Shown: one piece after another, positions 1 through 7,815 of the stretch | Position numbering within the stretch: the stretch's first letter is position 1 | Layout: the number at the start of each line of letters is the position of its first letter | Source: Horticoccus luteus | Lineage (GTDB): Bacteria; Verrucomicrobiota; Verrucomicrobiia; Opitutales; Opitutaceae | Assembly (NCBI RefSeq): GCF_019464535.1 | Contig: NZ_CP080507.1 | Span: 3,510,001-3,542,000 of the forward strand | Direction: 5' to 3' | Length of the DNA: 32,000 nt | Notes under the pieces: generated by a model | What the model was told of the DNA's origin: nothing | What the model saw: only the letters and a program-made list of their open reading frames with translations | Databases searched by the model: none | Program-made: the position numbers and the translations under genes

Positions 1-221
1 CGCCCGATCGCGTCGTCGGCGTCTATCGCGATGACAAAAAGGAAGCCGGCGTCACTGCTGTCATCAGCGATCAAACCATCACCCTCACGCCCGATGATCA
101 CGAAGTGCATTCCGACGGTTCGCGCACGCCCGCCTCCTACGAACGCTGGCAGCGCAACGTGAAGGAATCGATCTACCGCGAGCTCCTCAACGCCGACCCT
201 GCCGAAGCTCCCGCGAGCTGA
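1..221 (+). CDS. 3' end of an unidentified protein-coding gene (5' end lies outside the window)
   Basis: The frame is open from the window edge (codon phase from nt 3). It reads ...TPASYERWQRNVKESIYRELLNADPAEAPAS and ends at TGA 219-221. It is absent from the ORF track because it has no in-window start. No recognisable motif. Confidence 0.45.
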   Translation, partial: PDRVVGVYRDDKKEAGVTAVISDQTITLTPDDHEVHSDGSRTPASYERWQRNVKESIYRELLNADPAEAPAS

Positions 222-293
222 TTCGTCCGCTCGACTCATGCTCGGGCCCTCCTGCTCTTCAGCTCGCTCCGCCACCCGCCGTCACCTCCACCG

Positions 294-3200
294 ATGTTCC
301 TTCCCTGGTTAAAACTCGTCCGCCCGCAGGCCCGCGGCTTGGTCTTTGCCGCCCGCTTCACTCTCGGGCTGGCGGCGGGCAGCGCCGTGTGGGCCGCTGG
401 CATACCGCAAACTCCCGTCGCGCCCACCGACCTCGCCCTTGCTCCCTACAACACCGTGGGCGAGGTCATGACCAATACCAACAGCCCCGACGGGGCGTAT
501 CGCGGCACCGGCTTCGTCGTCGGCGAACGCGTGGTCCTTTCCGCCGCGCATGTTTTCTTTTCCCCCGAGCTGCCGGGCTGGAATCGCGGCCAGTGGTATT
601 GGCTGCCCGGCGCCAACCCCGCGAACATCAACCGCTATGATCTCGGCGTCGCCCCGCGGTCCTTCCGCGTTCTCGCCGGTTACGCGGCCGCGGTTGACCG
701 AACGGTCGATGCGGCCACGCAACTCGACGAGTTTAACCGCGACACGGTTGCGTTGCTCTTCTACGCCCCCGTTGACCCCGCCGGCACCGCGCCGCTGAGT
801 TTCGACGCGCTCGCCGGCACCGGCACGTTTTCCCTCGTCGGCTATCCGGCGGAAGTCGGCGGCGCGACCGCCCTCTACGGCCGGATGTATTCCCATGGTC
901 CCGGTGGCGTCGCCGCCACCTTTTCCGCCGAAGGTCCGGCCCAGGATTATACCGGCAACCCGATGGCCCTTTTCCGCTCGCCCGATTTGATCACGGGCGG
1001 CGGCCAGAGCGGCGGACCCGTTTTCCGTCTCATCGATGGAGAATGGCGCGCCGTGGGACTGGTGCTGGCAGGCGCTCGTGACTACAGCTATATGATCGCG
1101 CGCAGTCTCGACGCCGACACGCATGCTTTGATCGACGGAGCCAATATCGACACACAGCCCGGCATCCCCGGCCAGCTCACCCAATCGCTGCCCAACATGG
1201 CCCTCGTGGCGCCCGTCCTCCGCGACGACGGCAGTATCGTTTACGCGCTGCAGGGCGGCTCCCTGCACGCCGTCTCGGCGACCGGCACGGAACTTTGGGC
1301 CGGGCCTGTTCCCCCCTCCGAGTTTCTCGTCAAACAAATGGCGGAATCGCCCAACGGCGACATTATCGTCCTCGCCTACAATCTCGTCGTGCTCGACGGT
1401 GCGACCGGCGCCATCAAATGGAGCACCCCGGTCACCAACGCCTATGCCTTTGCCGTCGGCTCAGGTGGAGAAGTGTATGTGCAGACGCCCAACCGGCTCA
1501 CCGTCATAAGCGCCGACGGTGTCCCGGGTTGGTCCGTCACCCTGCTAGGCGATGATCGAATTTCCGCCGCGCCTCCGGTGATCGGTCCCGACGGAAATAT
1601 CTATATCCTTCACAACGGCCGGCTCCTGGGCTTCTCGCCGGCCGGCCGCGCGACCCTCGACTTCGCCACGCCCGGCAGCGATCTGGCGGTCGGACCCAAC
1701 GGCACGCTCTATGTTTTATACAATGAACTCAACGTGCGCGCCGTCTCGCCCGCGGGTCAGCAGCTCTGGTATCGGCCCTACCACACCGCCCATGTCACCA
1801 TCCTGGCCGATGGGCGGGTCTTGATGCTCGACGGCGCTGCGCCCGACCTCGTCTTTCTCTCGCCTGACGGAGTGGAGTTGAGCCGCCGACGCCTGAACAC
1901 GGGTGCCTACTCCATCGCGACGGATGGTCACTCCATGATTTACACGTCCGGGTCCTACTACGTTCGCGCGACGACCTTCGATGGCGAAGAGCATTGGAGC
2001 CTCGCCCTGAACAATCGCCCCGTTTACCTGAGCCCAGCGAATCAACTTTATATCCGCACCGAGACCGCCTTGCAGGTCATCCGCACCGAGACCGGCGCGA
2101 CCGCGGGGGTCTGGCAAGGCAATGGAGGCAACGATCAAGCGCGGCGTTCCGCCAACGCTCCCGCCGTCGCGCCTCAGGTCGTCCGTTCTCCCCTGAGTGC
2201 CGACGGCTACGCGGGCTTTCGCGCGGAGCTCAAGGTCATCGCCACCGGCTCTTACCCGCTCTCTTATGAATGGCGCCACGACGGCGTGATCGTCCAAAAC
2301 GCGTTCGGCCCCAAGCTCGTCCTGCCGCAGGCGAGCTTTTCCGACAGCGGGAGCTACACCGTGACAATTCGCAATCGCGCGGGCGAGGTCACAAGCGCCG
2401 CCGCGAATCTCAATATCACGCAGGCCGGTTTCGGCCGGACCGTGTGGCAAAGCCCTGCCACCACGGTCGAAAGTGCCCCCGCGGTCGGCGCCAATGGCAC
2501 GACGTATGTCGTCCTTTCCCAGCCCGCCGCCGGCTACAACCTCCCACAAGTCAGCCTCCTCGCGATCGATGGTTCGGGCAACGAACTCTGGCGCGCGCCG
2601 CTCGAAATCAACAACCCCGAGCACAGCCCGCCCTTGGTCGGCGACGACGGCACGATCTACGTCCCGGGGGCGGGCATCGTTTGGGCCATCTCCCCGGCGG
2701 GTGTGCTGCGATGGACCAAGACTTTCTCCACGCCGCGTTCGGGTTCCGTTCCCTACCTCGCGTTATCGCCCGATGACCGGCTCTACGTGCTCCACCGCGG
2801 TCTTTTGATGCGGCTGCGTAGCGATGGCACGGAGGAATGGTCCGTCTCCGTTCCCGTCAGCGTCCAGCCGGTCGTTCGCAGCGATGGCACGGTGATTATC
2901 TCTGGCTTCACGTTTGTCTCGCCAGCCGGCGTGGTCACTCATCCCGGCTCGGGGGGCGTTTCGCTGATCGCGCCGGGCAACCAGATTGTCGGCAACACCA
3001 GTATCTATGATTCGCAAGGCATGTTACTGTTTGCTCCGACGACCACCCTCTCCGGCAATGTGCGTCTTTTGACCACCACCGGTGACCTCGTGACCGACTC
3101 GGGCGAAATTCTTCCCCTGTTCGGCAATGTCTCGCACCGGCTCTCAAAGCCTCTCTACCCCACCAAGTGGGTGCTGGCCGATCTTGGCGACAGTCGGATT

Positions 3201-5051
3201 CTCCTCAACTCCTCTCCTGGCGGACTCGAGATCTGGAAGACCGATGGCACTCAAGTCATGTCGTCCGCTACGAGTGGCGACGGTGTGCTGACTCCCAAGG
3301 GGCTATTGATTGGCATGAGCCCCGTCCGGGCCACGGTCATTGGCTTCCCTCCGTCGGACGGCCCGTGGCCGCAAGCCTCGGCCGACGCCCGCCGCACCTG
3401 GCGCGCTCCCGCCCAACCCGTCTGGACGCCGCCTCCCCCAAAGTCGGTTTCGATCAGCGGAGCCTCCAGCTTTTACGTTGGTTTCCCCATTTCCCTCTCC
3501 GCGCAAGTCGATGGGGCCGGCCCGTTCGACTTCCAATGGTCGCGCGACGGCGTGCGAGTCGCCGGTCAAAGCAGCGCCACTTTTGCCATCGGCGGCCAGA
3601 CCGCGGATGCCGGTCGCTACACCGTCAAGGCCATCGGCCCCACCGGCAGCGTGACGAGTTCCGCCTTCGTCGTCTCCGCCCTGCAGCCCACGGACGCGAC
3701 GCCGGGCACCTACGCAGGCCTTGTGCACGACGGATCGCAGAACGAAGTTCTTCGCTACGTTTTGGTCATCGGCCCTGACCGCACCTTCCAGTTGGTGGTC
3801 GTGCGCCCCCAAGGGAATGGCCTGTCCCGCGGTAAACTTACGCCCACGGGCGATGGCGCGATCCATCTTGGACCAACGGTCAGTTTCAACTGGAACGGCA
3901 CGAACTTCTCCCTCGGCTCCGGCTTTACCACCGAAACGCGCACCGGCGTCACCGGCGTCGCCCCCAACGGCCTGCCCGTCGGCCTGTACACCGGCGGCGC
4001 CGCCGACGGCAGCAACGCCCGCTCCGCCGCGTTCGTTTTTGCCGACGGCGCGATTTGGTGGGCCCACTACAACCAGTCGGGCACGTGCCAGATGCCGGAC
4101 GACGCGTTGACCCTTGAAGACGCCACCTGCCACGTATCAGCCACCGCCGACGGCGTGCTTCGATTCACTCAAAGTTCCTCCAATCATTCCGGGGCGTTCA
4201 AGCCGTTCGCCGTGGTCTGGACCGGCCGCGCGCGGCAGGAGCGCCTCGCCAACCTCTCGACCCGCGGCGTCATCTCCGCCGCTTCGCCCACGCTCATTTC
4301 CGGTTTCGTGACCGCGAACGGCACCCGCGATTTGCTGCTGCGCGGCGCTGGCCCGGCTCTCTCGCCTTACTTCTCCGATCCGGCGGTTCTGCTCGCGCAG
4401 CCGCGCCTTCGCTTGATCAGCGCGCAAGGCGTGGAAATGAAACGCGCCGAAGCCTGGTGGGCATCCGTGGACAAAGATCTGCTGCGCGACACCGCGGTTC
4501 GCGTGGGCGCATTTCCTTTCGCCCCCGCCGGCGCCGATGCCGCCCTGCAATCCACGCTGAATGCCGGAGCATTCACCGCCATTCTCGAATCCGCCGGCGC
4601 ATCAGGTGGGATTGCCCTCACGGAAATCTACGACGCCTCGGCCACCGCCGGCGCGCGCGTGATGAATCTCTCCACGCGTGGTTATGCCGGCTCGGACGCC
4701 GAAGCGCTCATCGGCGGATTTGTCATTCGAGGCACCGCACCACTTTCCCTGCTCGTGCGCGCCGTCGGTCCCGGTTTGGCCTCGGCGTTGGGTAACTCGG
4801 TTGTCGCCACAAATCCCCGCCTGCGCCTCTACGACCAGGCCGGAAATATGATCGCGTCCAACGAAGGCTGGGCGTTCGCGCCCTTCAGTGAAGAGGTCGC
4901 CGACACCGCCGTCCAAGTGGGTGCCTTCCCTCTTGCGCGTCTCGATGCGGCGATGCTCCTCACGCTGGAGCCCGGTGCCTACACTGCCATGATCGACGCC
5001 GGTGCCGCGCGACCCGGCATCGCGCTCTTCGAGATTTATCTTGGACCATGA
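294..5051 (+). CDS. Very large secreted multidomain protein: N-terminal trypsin-like (S1) serine protease, two beta-propeller-like repeat regions each followed by an Ig-like module, and a tandemly duplicated C-terminal NLSTRG module
   Basis: 1585-aa ORF. The N-terminus is signal-like (MFLPWLKLVRPQARGLVFAARFTLGLAAGSAVWAAG). A candidate S1 triad is present: LSAAHVF (His codon 549-551), NRDTVALLF (Asp codon 741-743) and GGGQSGGPVF (Ser codon 1008-1010). Blade-like motifs recur (G.IY.L..G.L.A.S..G..LW, RSDGT). Two Ig/I-set-like modules are present (YPLSYEWRHDGV...SDSGSYTVTIRNRAGEVTS and FDFQWSRDGV...ADAGRYTVKAIGPTGSVTS). Two ~135-aa C-terminal modules each start with NLSTRG. Confidence 0.85.
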   Translation: MFLPWLKLVRPQARGLVFAARFTLGLAAGSAVWAAGIPQTPVAPTDLALAPYNTVGEVMTNTNSPDGAYRGTGFVVGERVVLSAAHVFFSPELPGWNRGQWYWLPGANPANINRYDLGVAPRSFRVLAGYAAAVDRTVDAATQLDEFNRDTVALLFYAPVDPAGTAPLSFDALAGTGTFSLVGYPAEVGGATALYGRMYSHGPGGVAATFSAEGPAQDYTGNPMALFRSPDLITGGGQSGGPVFRLIDGEWRAVGLVLAGARDYSYMIARSLDADTHALIDGANIDTQPGIPGQLTQSLPNMALVAPVLRDDGSIVYALQGGSLHAVSATGTELWAGPVPPSEFLVKQMAESPNGDIIVLAYNLVVLDGATGAIKWSTPVTNAYAFAVGSGGEVYVQTPNRLTVISADGVPGWSVTLLGDDRISAAPPVIGPDGNIYILHNGRLLGFSPAGRATLDFATPGSDLAVGPNGTLYVLYNELNVRAVSPAGQQLWYRPYHTAHVTILADGRVLMLDGAAPDLVFLSPDGVELSRRRLNTGAYSIATDGHSMIYTSGSYYVRATTFDGEEHWSLALNNRPVYLSPANQLYIRTETALQVIRTETGATAGVWQGNGGNDQARRSANAPAVAPQVVRSPLSADGYAGFRAELKVIATGSYPLSYEWRHDGVIVQNAFGPKLVLPQASFSDSGSYTVTIRNRAGEVTSAAANLNITQAGFGRTVWQSPATTVESAPAVGANGTTYVVLSQPAAGYNLPQVSLLAIDGSGNELWRAPLEINNPEHSPPLVGDDGTIYVPGAGIVWAISPAGVLRWTKTFSTPRSGSVPYLALSPDDRLYVLHRGLLMRLRSDGTEEWSVSVPVSVQPVVRSDGTVIISGFTFVSPAGVVTHPGSGGVSLIAPGNQIVGNTSIYDSQGMLLFAPTTTLSGNVRLLTTTGDLVTDSGEILPLFGNVSHRLSKPLYPTKWVLADLGDSRILLNSSPGGLEIWKTDGTQVMSSATSGDGVLTPKGLLIGMSPVRATVIGFPPSDGPWPQASADARRTWRAPAQPVWTPPPPKSVSISGASSFYVGFPISLSAQVDGAGPFDFQWSRDGVRVAGQSSATFAIGGQTADAGRYTVKAIGPTGSVTSSAFVVSALQPTDATPGTYAGLVHDGSQNEVLRYVLVIGPDRTFQLVVVRPQGNGLSRGKLTPTGDGAIHLGPTVSFNWNGTNFSLGSGFTTETRTGVTGVAPNGLPVGLYTGGAADGSNARSAAFVFADGAIWWAHYNQSGTCQMPDDALTLEDATCHVSATADGVLRFTQSSSNHSGAFKPFAVVWTGRARQERLANLSTRGVISAASPTLISGFVTANGTRDLLLRGAGPALSPYFSDPAVLLAQPRLRLISAQGVEMKRAEAWWASVDKDLLRDTAVRVGAFPFAPAGADAALQSTLNAGAFTAILESAGASGGIALTEIYDASATAGARVMNLSTRGYAGSDAEALIGGFVIRGTAPLSLLVRAVGPGLASALGNSVVATNPRLRLYDQAGNMIASNEGWAFAPFSEEVADTAVQVGAFPLARLDAAMLLTLEPGAYTAMIDAGAARPGIALFEIYLGP
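4239..5048 (+). repeat. Intragenic tandem duplication: two ~135-aa C-terminal modules of the large protease, period 414 nt between the NLSTRG motifs
   Basis: NLSTRG codons start at 4251 and 4665. The modules align over their full length. Examples: LISGFVTANGTRDLLLRGAGPAL vs LIGGFVIRGTAPLSLLVRAVGPGL; QPRLRLISAQG vs NPRLRLYDQAG; DTAVRVGAFPFA vs DTAVQVGAFPLA; GAFTAILESAGASGGIALTEIYD vs GAYTAMIDAGAARPGIALFEIY. Confidence 0.8.
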
Positions 5052-6202
5052 AGCGCCGCTCCCTTCTCTTCGCCGCGTCCCTGCTCGTGATCGTGGCCAC
5101 CGCGATCTGGTTGCGCCACTCGCCCCTTCGTCGGCCGCCGGCGATATCTCCGCGTCCGCCGGCCGTCCTTCCATCCGCGAGCCCACCGGCCCCGACGACG
5201 CCTGGCATTTCGGTCGCGCCAGCAAACCGAAGGGATGCCGACAGCCTCCTCGATCGTGCCGCCCGCGAACTGGCCGCGCTCCCCCTCGCCCAACGCCGGG
5301 CCCGCGTGCAACAACTCCTTCGCGAGCTCGCGCTACTGCCGGCCGGTCAGCGCAGCGACACGATCGTGAACTTCCTGCATACCGGCGTGGATGTGGTCCT
5401 GCCCGGCGAGTTTCTCTTGGGGCCCGGCGGCTGGCTGCGCGACTGGCCCACGTTCCGCCAGGCCCTCTTCGACTATCTCGCGCAATTCGACTCCGCGACG
5501 GCTCGGTTTGTCGCGCAGGAAATCCTCACCCATCCTCCCGCCGATCAACCCGGCCAATGGGCCCTCGCCTTGCGGGAACTCGCGCGCGGCCATCCGGCGA
5601 CGGATTGGTCGCCCGTCGTCGCTTCGCGCATGGTCGATCTGCTCAACAATCCGGAGTGGGCCCGCGATGCGCCTCGCGCCTACCTGGAAGCGTTTGACGT
5701 GATCGTCGCGGGCCGTGCCACCTCTCTGCTGCCCGAGCTCAGCCGCCTGAGCGTCACCGGCGGTCACGCCACCCGCTTCGCCGCGTTTGTCAGTGCGGAT
5801 CGTCTCATGCTCGCCGCGCCCGCCGCGACACTCGCCGAGCTGCAACGCACGCCCTCGCTCTTTGGCCAGCAACCGCAAATCCGCGCCGGACTTTTCGCTC
5901 GCGCCGATTTGCGCGACTCCGCGCAAACCACCGCGCTCAACGCCTACTTCGCCCGGGAAGATGTGCCCCCGGCCGAACGCAGCGCCTTCGCGGCCCTCTT
6001 TCCGCTCTACGACCTCACCGTCTCGAACAACCTTCTTACCGCCCCGACCACCCGCTCTCTGGCGGACATGCAAGCCCACGACCGACTGGCAATCGCAGCG
6101 TTGTCCACCTGGACCAGCGATCCTCATTTCGCCGCATGGCAGGACGCGTTTGCCGCCATCAACAACCGCCTTCAACAGCAACTCTCGGTCGCCAAACCCT
6201 GA
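5048..6202 (+). CDS. Hypothetical membrane-anchored, Pro-rich-linker, alpha-helical protein
   Basis: 384-aa ORF. Its ATG (5048-5050) overlaps the TGA (5049-5051) of the upstream giant gene as ATGA. There is one N-terminal hydrophobic helix (LLFAASLLVIVATAIWL), then a Pro-rich segment, then a Leu/Ala-rich region. No catalytic motif recognised. Confidence 0.7.
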   Translation: MKRRSLLFAASLLVIVATAIWLRHSPLRRPPAISPRPPAVLPSASPPAPTTPGISVAPANRRDADSLLDRAARELAALPLAQRRARVQQLLRELALLPAGQRSDTIVNFLHTGVDVVLPGEFLLGPGGWLRDWPTFRQALFDYLAQFDSATARFVAQEILTHPPADQPGQWALALRELARGHPATDWSPVVASRMVDLLNNPEWARDAPRAYLEAFDVIVAGRATSLLPELSRLSVTGGHATRFAAFVSADRLMLAAPAATLAELQRTPSLFGQQPQIRAGLFARADLRDSAQTTALNAYFAREDVPPAERSAFAALFPLYDLTVSNNLLTAPTTRSLADMQAHDRLAIAALSTWTSDPHFAAWQDAFAAINNRLQQQLSVAKP

Positions 6203-6235
6203 CGCCGAAGGGCATGCGGTAACGATTTTCACCCC

Positions 6236-7660
6236 ATGACCGACGCCGAACTCGACGCCGCCTTTCCCCTCCCGCCCGATTCCCTCCCGCGCGCCGGCGT
6301 GCCGGCTGGCCGCCTCGACGCGTTCACCTGGAACGAGAGCCGCATCTTCCCCGGCACGGTGCGCGACTATTGGGTTTACACCCCCGCCGGCCACGACCCG
6401 ACGCAGCCTGCCTGCCTGATGGTCATCAACGACGGCCTCGCGCACCATCGCCCCGACCGCCGCTGGCGCATCCCCGGCGTCCTCGACAACCTGATCCACG
6501 CGCGCGCCATCCCGCCCTGCGTCGCCGTTTTCATTGAGCCCGGCATCATTCCCGCCGCCATCCCCGGCGCCGCCCCGCGCGACAACCGCAGCTTCGAATA
6601 CGACTCTCTCGGCGACCGCTACGCGCGTTTTCTCCTCGAGGAAATTCTCCCCGCCGTCGGCCAGCGTTATGCGCTCTCGCCCGATCCCGATCACCGCCTC
6701 ATCATGGGCGGCAGCAGCGGCGCCTTCTGCGCGTTCAACGTCGCGTGGGAACGCCCCGATGCGTTTCGCCGCGTGCTCAGCATTGTCGGCTCCTACACCG
6801 CCATGCGCGGCGGCCACACCCTTGCGTCGCGCGTGCGCCTTGCGGAACCGAAACCTTTGCGCGTCTTCCTCGAAGGCGGCGCCGCCGATCTCGATATTTT
6901 CGCGGGCCACTGGTTCAACGGCAGCCGCGAGCTGCAGGCCGCCCTCGCCTTCGCCGGCTATGCCGTCAACCACGCCTGGGACGACCGCGCCGGCCACAAC
7001 GACTACCACGGCACCGCCATCTTCCCCGCCGCCCTCCGCTGGCTCTGGCAGGATTTCCCCGCCCCGCTTTCGCGCGGCTCCGGCTCGCGCCAAGCGCTCC
7101 TCCACGTGATCAACACCGACGCTCCGTGGCGCGAACTCGCTCCCGCGGAAGCCGCCGCGCGCCTCCGCGATCTCGCCGCGCAACCCGCCGCCTACGCCGT
7201 CGAACGCGACCAAAACGCCCTCGCGTTCTCCTCGCCCGCGCCTCACGCCCGTCGGCGCGTCGCGGAAAATCTTCCCGCGCCCACCGCCGCTCGTCTCTCG
7301 CCCGACGGCGCTCAACTCGCCGTCGCCCTGCTCGACGCCGACGCGCAACTCTACACCGTCGCCGCCGACGGCGCGCTCGCGCACGGCGAAGCGCTCTTTC
7401 CGCTCCTGCGCACGAGCGATGGCCGGCTCGAGGCGCGCGCTGTCGCCGTCAGTCCGCACGGGTGGTGGATCTTCGCCACCGCGGCCGGCGTGCAACTCGC
7501 CCTGACCAACGGCCTCATCGCCGGCCTCGTCCCGCTGCCCGAAAACCTCCCCGCGACCGCGGTCGCCTTTGCCGGCGCGGACGCCACCGAACTCCTCGCC
7601 GCCTCCGGCGCGCGCGTCTTCACCCGCCCGATCCGCCAGCCTGCGAGCCTTTGGCTGTAA
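6236..7660 (+). CDS. Esterase-family alpha/beta hydrolase (enterochelin/putative-esterase-like) with a ~180-aa Ala-rich C-terminal extension
   Basis: 474-aa ORF with ATG at 6236. The G-x-S-x-G nucleophile elbow is in LIMGGSSGAFCAFNVAWERPDAFRRVLSIVGSY. The preceding YDSLGDRYARFLLEEILP segment is typical of the putative-esterase family. No obvious signal peptide. The C-terminal part carries SPDG/SPHG strand-like repeats. Confidence 0.75.
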   Translation: MTDAELDAAFPLPPDSLPRAGVPAGRLDAFTWNESRIFPGTVRDYWVYTPAGHDPTQPACLMVINDGLAHHRPDRRWRIPGVLDNLIHARAIPPCVAVFIEPGIIPAAIPGAAPRDNRSFEYDSLGDRYARFLLEEILPAVGQRYALSPDPDHRLIMGGSSGAFCAFNVAWERPDAFRRVLSIVGSYTAMRGGHTLASRVRLAEPKPLRVFLEGGAADLDIFAGHWFNGSRELQAALAFAGYAVNHAWDDRAGHNDYHGTAIFPAALRWLWQDFPAPLSRGSGSRQALLHVINTDAPWRELAPAEAAARLRDLAAQPAAYAVERDQNALAFSSPAPHARRRVAENLPAPTAARLSPDGAQLAVALLDADAQLYTVAADGALAHGEALFPLLRTSDGRLEARAVAVSPHGWWIFATAAGVQLALTNGLIAGLVPLPENLPATAVAFAGADATELLAASGARVFTRPIRQPASLWL

Positions 7661-7815
7661 ACGCGCCGCCTGCGCCAACAGCACCGCGTTCCGCACGGGC
7701 CTTTCTCTTCGGCCGCTAACGTCCTCGTCGGTCTCTCGCGCGCTGCCCGACGCTCGAGCGTGCCTGCGCGCCGGGCCTCACGCAGTCCGCACCGCCGGCT
7801 TCGGCCGCGCTTTGC

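Noticed and set aside
5333-7696. 787-aa minus-strand ORF spanning two plus-strand genes and their spacer
   Set aside because: The product is dominated by Arg/Gly/Ala/Glu runs and has no motifs. It is antisense to two ORFs with clear protein-like composition (TM helix, GGSSG esterase elbow). This is a typical high-GC shadow ORF.
7661-7815. Possible terminator hairpins between the convergent esterase and DUF885 genes, and similarly at 20520-20657
   Set aside because: Only 4-6-bp stems are present (for example gccg-gctt-cggc and cggcgc...gcgccg), without a convincing U-tract. This is not strong enough to annotate.
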